Source: Eubacteriales bacterium (lineage in GTDB: Bacteria > Bacillota > Clostridia > Oscillospirales > SIG627). Taken from it: a stretch of 59,154 nt of DNA. Both the position numbers and the translations under genes were made by a program. The notes beneath the pieces were generated by a model, which saw only the letters and a program-made list of their open reading frames with translations, was not told where the DNA came from and did not search any database. Location: positions 1 through 59,154 of the forward strand of contig JAZNNH010000002.1 in assembly GCA_045580105.1 (NCBI GenBank). Reading direction: 5' to 3'. Below, one piece after another: positions 46,262 to 55,476 of this stretch (position 1 is the stretch's first letter; every line of letters begins with the position of its first letter).

Positions 46262-47566
46262 TTGTCTGCACTTTTTGATATCATTCGCATTCCCTTTGGA
46301 TTTATCATCAAATCCCTCTATGGATGGACGAATAGCTATTTTGTTGCCATTCTCCTGTTCTCCATTCTTTTGAAACTGATTATGTTCCCCGTGGGCATCA
46401 AACAGCAAAAGAATTCTCAAAAGCAGGCGGCACTTCGTCCGAAAGAGAATGTCATCCGTAAAAAATATGCGGGACGTACCGATCGTGCGACCCAAATGAA
46501 AATGAATACTGAGATTCAGGAGCTGTATCAGAAGGAGAATTTCAGCCCGTTTGGCGGTTGTCTTCCTATGCTGGTACAGATGCTGGTTCTTTTGGCAGTA
46601 TATGCCGTTGTCCGTACTCCCTTGACTTATACGGCAAATCTTCCCAAGGTGGATAACTTTGACACCGTTGAAGCGGTCAAGCAAAGCGTTACGTATCTGG
46701 TCCACGAAGAAGATTTTGCTCTGCCCGAGGGCGAACCCAGACAAATTCATAATTTTTTGAATATCAACAAATCCAAGGCGCAAACCTATACCGAAAAAGA
46801 CTTTTGGAAAAAATATAACGACGGTGCGTTCTCTCTTTATGCGGAGATCAACTCCATCGGTTATATCCGTGACCACGAGCAAGAATTCATCCGTTATTTT
46901 GACAGCGCAACCCATTATGACAAAGACGGAAACAAAGTTTCGGTCGGAAACGGCATTGACAGCAAGGTCCTGTCCGGTGAAAAGATCGTTGCCGCTTTGC
47001 CGGAAATGGAATTGGTGTCCGGATTCGATCTGGGTATCGTTCCCAGTTTTGATCTGTTCAAGGCAGAAGAGCTTGGAACCAAACTGCTTTTGATTGTTCC
47101 GGTTCTCTCCCTGATCACCTCGTATTTCGGTCAGGCATTGACCAGAAAATTTACTTATCAGCCGAACCAAGCACCCGAAATGCAAAGTCAGATGCGCATG
47201 ATGAATATCTTTATGCCCCTCTTCAGTCTTTACATTGCATTTCAGGTTCCGACAGCTGTGGGTATTTACTGGATGATGTCAAATATTTTAAGTCCGGTAC
47301 AACAGATTGCTTTGTCGAAGATGTTCCCCATCAAGGAAATCACGCCCGAAGAAATGAAGCAGGCAGAGTTGCTCTACAGCGGCAAACAGCAAAAGAAGAA
47401 AAAAACGGCAGAGCCCGGCAAAAAGAAAAAATCGCTCGTTTATGACGATGACGATGAATACGAATCGGTCAGCAGAGCAACGGAAAAGAAAGTGCTCAAG
47501 GAGAAAAAGACCGACGAAAAAACTCTGATTGAAAAACCTTTGTTGAAAGACGAAGAAAAACAATGA
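46262..47566 (+). CDS. yidC: YidC/Oxa1 family membrane protein insertase with an enlarged extracytoplasmic loop and a Lys-rich C-tail
   Basis: LLKLIMFPVGIKQQKNSQK..., NPFGGCLPMLVQMLVLL... and FMPLFSLYIAFQVPTAVGIYWMMSN are YidC core helices. TTG 46262 with SD AAAGGAA is preferred; ATG 46217 is an alternative start. Confidence 0.85.
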   Translation: MSALFDIIRIPFGFIIKSLYGWTNSYFVAILLFSILLKLIMFPVGIKQQKNSQKQAALRPKENVIRKKYAGRTDRATQMKMNTEIQELYQKENFSPFGGCLPMLVQMLVLLAVYAVVRTPLTYTANLPKVDNFDTVEAVKQSVTYLVHEEDFALPEGEPRQIHNFLNINKSKAQTYTEKDFWKKYNDGAFSLYAEINSIGYIRDHEQEFIRYFDSATHYDKDGNKVSVGNGIDSKVLSGEKIVAALPEMELVSGFDLGIVPSFDLFKAEELGTKLLLIVPVLSLITSYFGQALTRKFTYQPNQAPEMQSQMRMMNIFMPLFSLYIAFQVPTAVGIYWMMSNILSPVQQIALSKMFPIKEITPEEMKQAELLYSGKQQKKKKTAEPGKKKKSLVYDDDDEYESVSRATEKKVLKEKKTDEKTLIEKPLLKDEEKQ

Positions 47567-47594
47567 GTATGAATTTTTGGAAGGAAGTGGCATT

Positions 47595-48386
47595 TTGATC
47601 AAAGAGTATACGTTTTCTGCAAAAAGCGTAGAAGAAGCTCTTGCCATTGCTTCACAGGAACTTCAGAAAGAAGAAAAGGATCTGGATTATACGGTCGTCG
47701 AGGAAGCGAAAAAAGGATTTCTCGGAATCGGTTCTTCCGATGCTAAGATCGTGGTAAAAGTCACTCCGAGCGTTCGTGAGGCAACGTATGAATTTCTCAG
47801 CACGTTCCTGCGCAACGCCGGAATCGAAGCACAGATTCACTGTGAAGAAAAAGAGCAGGGTGACCTCGCTTACACCCTTGAGGGGGAAGATTTAGGAATC
47901 CTCATCGGTCACCACGGAGAGGTAATGGATTCTCTTCAGTACCTGTTAAGTCTTGTGACCAACCGTCACGGAGATGATTTCGTCCGTGTTACGGTCGACA
48001 TCGAAAACTATCGTGCAAAACGCGAAAACACCTTGAAGGCACTTGCCAGAAAAACGGCAGCGCGCGTCAAGAAAACGGGAAGAAACGTAACGTTTGAACC
48101 CATGAGTGCGTATGAGAGAAGAATCATTCACTCGCAAGCACAGGAAATCGAGGGTGTCACGACTCACTCGATCGGATCCGGTTCCGAACGCCGCGTTGTG
48201 ATGAGTAGTGTTGGCGGTCCCCGAAAAGATGCCCGTCCCAAAAAACAGCAGTCCGGTCAAACCGATAAGCCGAAAGTGGTATATGAGTACAATCCCGTAA
48301 GAGAACCTCGTACCATCGTCAAGGCAAAGAGCATCGAAGATATCAATCTCGCCGATGTGGAAGATACCGAAATGGTTAATTTATAA
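47595..48386 (+). CDS. jag: Jag/KhpB RNA-binding protein (Jag_N, KH, R3H)
   Basis: N-terminus KEYTFSAKSVEEALAIASQEL. R3H region FEPMSAYERRIIHS. TTG 47595 with SD AAGGAAG. Confidence 0.85.
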   Translation: MIKEYTFSAKSVEEALAIASQELQKEEKDLDYTVVEEAKKGFLGIGSSDAKIVVKVTPSVREATYEFLSTFLRNAGIEAQIHCEEKEQGDLAYTLEGEDLGILIGHHGEVMDSLQYLLSLVTNRHGDDFVRVTVDIENYRAKRENTLKALARKTAARVKKTGRNVTFEPMSAYERRIIHSQAQEIEGVTTHSIGSGSERRVVMSSVGGPRKDARPKKQQSGQTDKPKVVYEYNPVREPRTIVKAKSIEDINLADVEDTEMVNL

Positions 48387-48414
48387 AAAAAGCGGCGGAA
48401 ACGCCGCTTTTTTG
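48385..48414 (+). terminator. Rho-independent terminator after jag
   Basis: aaaaaagcggcg-gaaa-cgccgctttttt. Confidence 0.8.
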
Positions 48415-48443
48415 TTCGTAGAAATTTGTTTTAGGTGAAAATT

Positions 48444-49823
48444 ATGGATTTTTCAACCATTGCAGCTGTTTCAACTCCTGCCGGAAAAGGCGGAGTTGCC
48501 CTGATCCGCATTTCCGGAACGGGTGCTTTTTCGATTGCTGAACAAATCGTTTTGGCCAAGGATGGAAAAGCGCTTTCAGAGCATCCTTCCCGCTATCAGA
48601 TCTATGCCGATTTGATTTCGCCGGAAACAAAAACCGTTTTGGACGACGGTCTTGTGACCCGTTTTCAAGCACCTCATTCCTTCACGGGAGAAGACGTGGT
48701 GGAAATTGCCTGCCACGGTGGGGAAGTCATTACTTCTATGATTCTTTCCGCTGTTTTGGAAAGCGGTGCCGTGTTGGCAAGGCCGGGTGAGTTTTCCCGC
48801 CGATCGTTTATGAACGGAAAAATGTCTTTGACCGCTGCGGAGGGGATTGCTGATCTGCTTGATGCAAAAACGCAGGAAGCCGCACTTCTTTCTTCAAAAG
48901 CGGCAAGAGGAAAACTTTCAAATGAAATTGAAGCCATTGCCGATTCACTTCTTGCCGTCTCGTCTTCCCTTTGGGCGTATCTGGATTATCCGGACGAAGA
49001 TCTTCAGACCCTCGATGACGATCAAATGATAGAAGCATTAGACGCGCTGCTTTGCCGTTGCCGTCGACTTCTTGACAGTTTTCAGATGGGCAGAGCCATC
49101 AATTCCGGAATCTCCGCCGCGATTGTCGGAAAACCCAACGTGGGAAAAAGCACCTTTTTCAACCGTCTTTTGGGAGAAGAGCGCGCCATTGTCACGTCCA
49201 TTCCCGGAACGACGCGTGACGTCATCGAATATCCCTTGCGTGCAGGACGCGTACTGGTCAATCTTTCCGATACGGCCGGGGTTCGCAGGGCGCCCACCGA
49301 CCGTGTGGAAGAAATCGGAATTGAACGCGCCCTTTCCGCCATTGTGGATGCCGAACTGATTTTTGCGCTGTTCGATCTTTCCCGTCCGCTTGAAGAGGAT
49401 GATCGTTTGATTTTAGATCGCATCGCTGAAAAAGATGCCGTTGTCATTCCGGTTCTCACCAAACGGGATCTGCCGGAAAAGCTCGATCGCACCTGCCTTC
49501 CGTTTCCCTCAGAGTCGTTTTTTGTCATAGGGGAAGGGGAATGCGATTTCAAGCCCCTGATTGAAACGATTGAAGCCGCTTTCATCTCGGATGAGGCCGC
49601 TTTGAGAGAAGGAAGAATCCTTGCCAATGCCAGACAAAAATCGTGTCTTATTAGAGGCGTGGAATTGATTTCGGAAGCAAAGCAACAGATCCTCGGTCAA
49701 GAAAAGGACGTTGCTTCTCTGACCTTGGAATCAGCTCTTGCCGCCTTCTTGGAGATTGACGGAAAGAGTGCGGGAGAAAAAATACTCGACGAGGTCTTTT
49801 CTCGCTTTTGTGTCGGTAAATAA
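48444..49823 (+). CDS. mnmE: tRNA modification GTPase MnmE
   Basis: STIAAVSTPAGKGGVALIRISG, G1 GKPNVGKST, and the C-terminal FCVGK motif. Confidence 0.92.
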   Translation: MDFSTIAAVSTPAGKGGVALIRISGTGAFSIAEQIVLAKDGKALSEHPSRYQIYADLISPETKTVLDDGLVTRFQAPHSFTGEDVVEIACHGGEVITSMILSAVLESGAVLARPGEFSRRSFMNGKMSLTAAEGIADLLDAKTQEAALLSSKAARGKLSNEIEAIADSLLAVSSSLWAYLDYPDEDLQTLDDDQMIEALDALLCRCRRLLDSFQMGRAINSGISAAIVGKPNVGKSTFFNRLLGEERAIVTSIPGTTRDVIEYPLRAGRVLVNLSDTAGVRRAPTDRVEEIGIERALSAIVDAELIFALFDLSRPLEEDDRLILDRIAEKDAVVIPVLTKRDLPEKLDRTCLPFPSESFFVIGEGECDFKPLIETIEAAFISDEAALREGRILANARQKSCLIRGVELISEAKQQILGQEKDVASLTLESALAAFLEIDGKSAGEKILDEVFSRFCVGK

Positions 49824-49834
49824 AGGAGATTGTT

Positions 49835-51721
49835 TTGGAAGATACTGAGTTTTATGCCGGTTCGTGTCAGGTTGCCGTAGTCGGCGCAGGACACGCAGGA
49901 CTTGAGGCAGCACTGGCTTCCGCCCGAATGGGCGTGGACACCGTTTTGTTCACCCTTTCTCTCGAAGCGGTGGGAAATATGCCCTGCAACCCCTCGATCG
50001 GTGGCACCGGAAAAGGCCATTTGGTCTATGAAATCGATGCCTTGGGTGGTGAAATGGGAAAAGCGAGCGACGCAACCTTTTTGCAGAGCCGAATGCTCAA
50101 TCTCGGAAAAGGTGCTGCCGTTCATTCTCTGCGCCATCAATCGGACCGCAGAGCGTACCACCACTATATGAAAATCAAATGCGAAAACACAGCCAATCTT
50201 CGCCTCATTCAGGCAGAAATTTGTAAGGTGAAAAAGTATGGCGCCTCGCTTTGTCTTGTCACGCGCTTCGGTGCGCGCTACGATGCCAATCGTATCGTTC
50301 TTTGCGCCGGAACGTATTTGAATTCCAACATCGTGGTCGGCGACGTATCCTATTCCTCCGGTCCCGATCATTTCTATCCGGCTACGTTCTTAACGCAGTC
50401 TCTTGAAGAAATGGGAATCCGATTCCGCCGCTTTAAAACGGGAACACCGCCTCGTATTCACGCTGACTCCATTTGTTTTGAAGAATGCGAAGTGCAGGAA
50501 GGGGATGCCGATCCCGCATCGTTTGCCTTCGGAACCGATCGCGAACGCTTTCGACAAAAGGATCAGATTCCTTGTCACATTGTATATACCAACGAGAAGA
50601 CTCATCAAATCATTCGCGATAACATTCACCGCTCTCCCTTATATTCGGGGAAAATCAAAAGCACGGGACCCCGTTATTGCCCCAGTATTGAGGATAAGGT
50701 GATGCGTTTTCCCGAAAAAGAGCGTCATCAGCTGTTTTTAGAGCCGATGGGGGAGGATACAAAAGAAATCTACGTACAAGGGCTTTCTTCTTCCTTGCCC
50801 GAAGACGTTCAAAATTTGGTCATCCATTCGATCCGCGGTCTGGAACACGCGCAGGTAATGCGAACGGCGTATGCGATCGAATATGACTGCATTGATCCCA
50901 CTCAGCTGAAAGAAACGCTGGAATTCAAAGATCACCCCGGTCTTTACGGTGCGGGACAATTCAACGGTACCAGCGGTTATGAAGAAGCCGCCTGCCAAGG
51001 ACTGGTTGCCGGCGTCAATGCCGCCCTTTCCGTCCAAGGAAAAGAACCTCTTGTCCTGACCCGTCAATCCAGTTATATCGGCACTCTGATTGATGACCTT
51101 GTAACCAAAGGAACGAACGAACCGTACCGTATGATGACAAGTCGCTGTGAGTATCGTCTGATTCTTCGTCAAGACAATGCCGACCGGAGACTACTGGAAG
51201 AGGGAAGACGAATCGGCTTGATTGATGCGCAGTGCTATGAAGCCAAACAGCAGATTTTTGCTTTGATCGACTCGGAAATCAAGCGCGCGGAAAACACTTA
51301 TTTTTCGCCCTCTGCGCAGCTCAATGAGTTGTTGGTCGGGCTCGGATCTCAGCCCGTTTCGGGAGGCGTTTGCCTTGCGGATCTCATTCGCCGTCCGGGA
51401 ATTTCATATGAAAATTTGAAACCCGTGGATACGACCCGTCCGCAGTATCCGGAATCGGTTTTGCCGAGAGCGGAAATTGAAATCAAATATGCGGGCTATA
51501 TCAAGCGTCAATTGGCGCAGGCAGAACAGTTCAAAAAGCTGGAAAGCCGCCTCATTCCCGATGATATTGATTATCAGTCGATCGCAGGGCTTCGCTTGGA
51601 AGCACGGCAAAAGCTTTCCCAAATCCGTCCGGAAAACATCGGTCGCGCCTCGCGCATTTCCGGTGTATCTCCCGCAGATATTACGGTTTTGATGATTTAT
51701 TTGAATCTGAATGAGAGGTAA
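49835..51721 (+). CDS. mnmG: tRNA uridine 5-carboxymethylaminomethyl modification enzyme MnmG
   Basis: VAVVGAGHAGLEAALASARMG, NPSIGGTGKGHLV. 628 aa. TTG start with SD AAGGAG. Confidence 0.92.
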   Translation: MEDTEFYAGSCQVAVVGAGHAGLEAALASARMGVDTVLFTLSLEAVGNMPCNPSIGGTGKGHLVYEIDALGGEMGKASDATFLQSRMLNLGKGAAVHSLRHQSDRRAYHHYMKIKCENTANLRLIQAEICKVKKYGASLCLVTRFGARYDANRIVLCAGTYLNSNIVVGDVSYSSGPDHFYPATFLTQSLEEMGIRFRRFKTGTPPRIHADSICFEECEVQEGDADPASFAFGTDRERFRQKDQIPCHIVYTNEKTHQIIRDNIHRSPLYSGKIKSTGPRYCPSIEDKVMRFPEKERHQLFLEPMGEDTKEIYVQGLSSSLPEDVQNLVIHSIRGLEHAQVMRTAYAIEYDCIDPTQLKETLEFKDHPGLYGAGQFNGTSGYEEAACQGLVAGVNAALSVQGKEPLVLTRQSSYIGTLIDDLVTKGTNEPYRMMTSRCEYRLILRQDNADRRLLEEGRRIGLIDAQCYEAKQQIFALIDSEIKRAENTYFSPSAQLNELLVGLGSQPVSGGVCLADLIRRPGISYENLKPVDTTRPQYPESVLPRAEIEIKYAGYIKRQLAQAEQFKKLESRLIPDDIDYQSIAGLRLEARQKLSQIRPENIGRASRISGVSPADITVLMIYLNLNER

Positions 51722-51723
51722 TT

Positions 51724-52515
51724 ATGCCGCTGGAACAAAAGTATTTGGACTTGATTGCAAACACCATCAAAATGGAGTTGAGCCAAGAGGCGCTCGATCG
51801 ATTTTCCCGTCTTTACGACTGCGTGGTGGAAACCAATCAAAAAATCAATATCACCTCGCTCACGTCTCCCATTGACGTGTCCCTCAAACATATCATCGAT
51901 TCTTTAACTTTGTATTTGCACCCCGAGTTTCTTGCGGCAGTGAAAGAGAAGAAAACGTTTTGTGATATTGGATGCGGCGGAGGATTTCCCGGTTTGCCGC
52001 TTGCTTGCGCCTATCCGAATCTTTCGATCACGATGATCGACAGCACCGAAAAGAAAATTCTGGCACTGAAAGAGAATGCCAAAATTCTCTCCCTTGACGG
52101 TGTGACAGCCATCTCCGGAAGAGGAGAGGTGTTGGCATCTGTGAAAGGAGAAAAGCGCGAACAGTACGACATTTGTGTTTCGCGCGCCGTTGCCGCACTG
52201 CCGGTTCTTTGTGAACTTTGTTTGCCTTTTGTCAAACCCGGTGGACTCTTTTTTGCGATGAAAGGGCAAAAGGCAACGGAAGAGGTTCGTGATGCCCGAA
52301 ACGCCCCTTCTATGCTCGGTGCCGCGCTCGAAGCGGTGTTTGAAATCCCGCTTGCCCTCGATGGAGTGAGTTTAGACGCATTTGATCCCGAAGAAAAAGA
52401 AAAGATTCAAGATTTCTTTGCTTCCTCCCGATATTTGATCGTAATGAAGAAAAAGAAAGCAACCCAGCCGCAATATCCGAGAAAATGGGCACAAATGATA
52501 AAAAAACCGTTATGA
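51724..52515 (+). CDS. rsmG: 16S rRNA (guanine(527)-N(7))-methyltransferase RsmG
   Basis: NITSLTSPIDVSLKHIIDSL...DIGCGGGFPGLPLA. Position after mnmG. Confidence 0.9.
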   Translation: MPLEQKYLDLIANTIKMELSQEALDRFSRLYDCVVETNQKINITSLTSPIDVSLKHIIDSLTLYLHPEFLAAVKEKKTFCDIGCGGGFPGLPLACAYPNLSITMIDSTEKKILALKENAKILSLDGVTAISGRGEVLASVKGEKREQYDICVSRAVAALPVLCELCLPFVKPGGLFFAMKGQKATEEVRDARNAPSMLGAALEAVFEIPLALDGVSLDAFDPEEKEKIQDFFASSRYLIVMKKKKATQPQYPRKWAQMIKKPL

Positions 52516-52521
52516 AATCAT

Positions 52522-52564
52522 AAAAGAAAAAGAAATTGTGGGAAATCCGCAATTTCTTTTTCTT
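52522..52564 (+). terminator. Rho-independent terminator after rsmG
   Basis: Long A/U-rich stem aaaagaaaaagaaattg / caatttctttttctt. Its 3' arm abuts the next promoter's -35. Confidence 0.6.
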
Positions 52565-52591
52565 GACAAAAGAATTAATTTTTGCTAAAAT
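52563..52591 (+). promoter_or_regulatory. Consensus-like sigma-70 promoter for the ATPase leader
   Basis: TTGACA (52563-52568), 17-nt spacer, TAAAAT (52586-52591). Confidence 0.6.
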
Positions 52592-52596
52592 AACTT

Positions 52597-52751
52597 TGTC
52601 TTGAGGGAGTAGTTAGCGCATTTTGCGCGACGTATCAACAAATACAATTCGACTTGTCGGATTTGGTGCGTCTTAATTAACCAGACTCTTGTACAGAATC
52701 ATGCTGTACGGAGTTTTGCTCGGTGCAGTTTGAGTACCGAGTTATTTTTTT
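52597..52751 (+). promoter_or_regulatory. Structured 5' leader ending in an intrinsic terminator; candidate yybP-ykoY (Mn2+) riboswitch
   Basis: About 155-nt leader with GAGGGAGUAG (52603-52612). Hairpins GCGC/GCGC (52616-52628), GACG...CGUC (52629-52672) and GUACAG/CUGUAC (52691-52709). The 3' element AACCAGAC resembles the conserved AGCAAGAC. Terminator CUCGGU/ACCGAG plus U-run at 52719-52751. The downstream gene is a P-type ATPase, a known yybP-ykoY-associated gene class. Confidence 0.45.
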
Positions 52752-52771
52752 AGGAAAGGATCAAACCGCTT

Positions 52772-55429
52772 ATGAAACCCTATTTGCAAGATCAAAAGGA
52801 TGTACTTGAAAGCTTGAGTGTGACTCAAGACGGTTTGAGTACGCAAGAAGCCCAAACAAGAAGAGAAAAGTACGGCAAAAACAAATTGGCAGAAGGAAAG
52901 AAGGAAACCATTTTCCAGCGCTTCATCAAAGAATTGATGAACCCGATGATCTTGGTTCTTTTGGCTGCCGCGGCCATTTCCGCTGTGACGACCATCATTC
53001 ACAATAATCTGCCCGGCTCTGAACCCGAAACCTTTGCCGATGCATTTATCATTTTGTTTGTTGTTGTTTTGAATGCTGTTTTGGGTGTTGTTCAGGAAAG
53101 CAAAGCCGAACAAGCCATCGAAGCATTGAAAACGATGACTGCCGCCACCAGCCGTGTTCTTCGTGACGGTAAGATCGAATTTGTCAAGAGCGAAGATCTG
53201 GTTCCTGGTGACGTTGTTCTCCTCGAAGCAGGCGACTCCGTTCCTGCAGACTGCCGTATCCTCGAATCCGCTTCTCTCAAGATCGAAGAAGCAGCACTGA
53301 CGGGTGAATCCGTCCCCGTTGATAAAATTTCCGAAACCTTGACCGCAAAAGACGATAACGTTCCTTTGGGTGACCGTAAGAATATGTGCTATATGGGTAG
53401 CACGGTTGTTTACGGCAGAGGAAAAGCTGTTGTTGTCGGAATCGGTATGGATACCGAAATGGGTAAAATTGCCGGTGCTTTGACCAGCACTGCCGAAGAA
53501 GAAACTCCCTTGCAGCGCCGCTTGGCTGAGCTTTCTAAGATTTTGACTTGGCTCGTATTGGGCATCAGTGTTATTATTTTCGCAGTTGAAATTATCCGTC
53601 CCTTCTTCAGCGGAATTTCTCCCACCTTTACCGACTATCTGGAAGCATTCATGGTTGCAGTCAGCTTGGCTGTTGCCGCCATTCCCGAAGGACTTGCCGC
53701 CGTGGTTACCATCGTTCTTTCCATCGGCGTGACCAAAATGTCCAAGCGCAAAGCCGTTATCCGTCGTTTGACCGCGGTAGAAACCTTGGGCTGTGCTCAG
53801 GTTATCTGCTCCGATAAAACCGGTACTCTGACCCAGAACAAAATGACTGTGGTTCGTTCCTATTCAGTCGACGAAGACCTACTTGCCAGAGGTATGGCAC
53901 TGGCTTCCGACGCAGAATACGACCACGAAAAGAAAACCGCTATCGGTGAACCCACCGAATGTGCTCTTGTCAACTATGCATTCAAGTCCGGCCAGGATAA
54001 GAATGATCTGAAAAAAGAATATCCTCGCGTAGCTGAGGTTCCGTTCGACTCCGGCAGAAAAATGATGACCACCGTTCACGAAAAAGACGGCTCCTTCCTC
54101 CAGTTTACCAAGGGCGCTCCCGATGAATTGTTGCGCCGCTGCACGAAGTTCCTCTCTGAAGACGGTGTCAAGGAATTGACCGAAGAGAAGAGAGCTGAAA
54201 TTCTCAAAGAAAACAAAGATATGGCGGATCAAGCACTCCGTGTTCTTGCCTGTGCTTATCGCGAACTTTCCGAAAAGCCCGAACAGCAGGATTCCGAAAC
54301 CCTCGAAAAGGATTTGATCTTCCTCGGACTTTGCGGTATGATCGACCCTGTCCGTCCCGAAGTCAAAGCCGCTGTTGACGCTTGCCGTGAGGCCAGCATT
54401 CACGTCGTAATGATCACCGGTGACCACATCGATACCGCCATTGCCATCGGTAAGGAATTGGGTATTCTTACGGACGCATCTCAAGCCATCCGCGGTGCAG
54501 AGCTCGACTCGATGAGCGATGAAGAACTGGATCGTGTCATTGAAAACTACAGTGTTTACGCTCGTGTTCAGCCCGAGCACAAGGTTCGTATCGTAGCCGC
54601 TTGGAAACGCCTTGGCAAAGTTACCGCTATGACCGGTGACGGTGTCAACGATGCTCCCAGTATCAAGACTGCCGATATCGGTGTCGGTATGGGTATCACC
54701 GGTACCGACGTTACCAAAAACGTTGCGGATATGATCCTTGCCGACGACAACTTTGCTACCATCGTAGCAGCTGTCGAAGAGGGAAGAAAGATTTATGCCA
54801 ATATCAGAAAAGCCATTCAGTTCCTGCTTTCCTCCAACTTGAGCGAAGTTATCGCCGTATTCGTTGCATCCATGATGAACTTTATCATTCTCAAACCCGT
54901 TCATCTTCTTTGGATCAACCTCATCACCGATAGTCTGCCGGCATTGGCACTTGGTATGGAACACGGCGAAGCCGATGCGATGAAGCAAAAACCGCGTGAT
55001 TCCAAAGAAGGAATCTTCGCAGGCGGTGTTGGATTTGACATCTTCTATCAAGGTGCAGTGGTTGCCATTTTGACTCTTGTTGCATACTTTATCGGTGTCA
55101 ATCGCTTTAGCAGCGAAGACCACGGTATCACCATGGCATTTTTGACCCTTTCCATGTCAGAGATCTTCCAGTCCTTCAACCTGCGTTCTCGTCGCGGCTC
55201 TATCTTCTCGATGAAAAAGCAAAATAAGATCCTCTGGCTTGCCGGTGCTCTTGCACTCGTGCTCACGACTCTGGTTATCGAAGTGGAACCCATTGCCAAG
55301 CTCTTCAAATTCGAGACCATCACTTGGACCGAATACGGCATTGGTCTTGGCCTTTCCATTCTGGTCATTCCGATTGTTGAAATCGTGAAATTCATCCAGA
55401 GAAAACTGGATAAAAACAAAAACAAATAA
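52772..55429 (+). CDS. Calcium/manganese-type cation-translocating P-type ATPase (P2A, YloB/PMCA-SERCA-like), catalytically intact
   Basis: TGESVPV, AIPEGL, ICSDKTGTLTQNKM (DKTGT at 53813-53827), KGAPD, MITGDH, MTGDGVNDAPSIK. 10 TM segments. Confidence 0.9.
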   Translation: MKPYLQDQKDVLESLSVTQDGLSTQEAQTRREKYGKNKLAEGKKETIFQRFIKELMNPMILVLLAAAAISAVTTIIHNNLPGSEPETFADAFIILFVVVLNAVLGVVQESKAEQAIEALKTMTAATSRVLRDGKIEFVKSEDLVPGDVVLLEAGDSVPADCRILESASLKIEEAALTGESVPVDKISETLTAKDDNVPLGDRKNMCYMGSTVVYGRGKAVVVGIGMDTEMGKIAGALTSTAEEETPLQRRLAELSKILTWLVLGISVIIFAVEIIRPFFSGISPTFTDYLEAFMVAVSLAVAAIPEGLAAVVTIVLSIGVTKMSKRKAVIRRLTAVETLGCAQVICSDKTGTLTQNKMTVVRSYSVDEDLLARGMALASDAEYDHEKKTAIGEPTECALVNYAFKSGQDKNDLKKEYPRVAEVPFDSGRKMMTTVHEKDGSFLQFTKGAPDELLRRCTKFLSEDGVKELTEEKRAEILKENKDMADQALRVLACAYRELSEKPEQQDSETLEKDLIFLGLCGMIDPVRPEVKAAVDACREASIHVVMITGDHIDTAIAIGKELGILTDASQAIRGAELDSMSDEELDRVIENYSVYARVQPEHKVRIVAAWKRLGKVTAMTGDGVNDAPSIKTADIGVGMGITGTDVTKNVADMILADDNFATIVAAVEEGRKIYANIRKAIQFLLSSNLSEVIAVFVASMMNFIILKPVHLLWINLITDSLPALALGMEHGEADAMKQKPRDSKEGIFAGGVGFDIFYQGAVVAILTLVAYFIGVNRFSSEDHGITMAFLTLSMSEIFQSFNLRSRRGSIFSMKKQNKILWLAGALALVLTTLVIEVEPIAKLFKFETITWTEYGIGLGLSILVIPIVEIVKFIQRKLDKNKNK

Positions 55430-55438
55430 GAAAACAAG

Positions 55439-55476
55439 AAAAACCCCGATGAATCTTCTGATCCATCGGGGTTTTG
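55439..55476. terminator. Bidirectional rho-independent terminator
   Basis: aaaaccccgatg-aatcttctgatc-catcggggtttt, with T-runs on both strands. Confidence 0.8.

Noticed and set aside
46100-47185. 361-aa minus-strand ORF across yidD/yidC
   Set aside because: It is antisense to the conserved yidD-yidC genes and has no motifs.
53879-55123. 414-aa ORF antisense to the intact P-type ATPase
   Set aside because: Shadow ORF. The sense frame carries every P-type ATPase signature.
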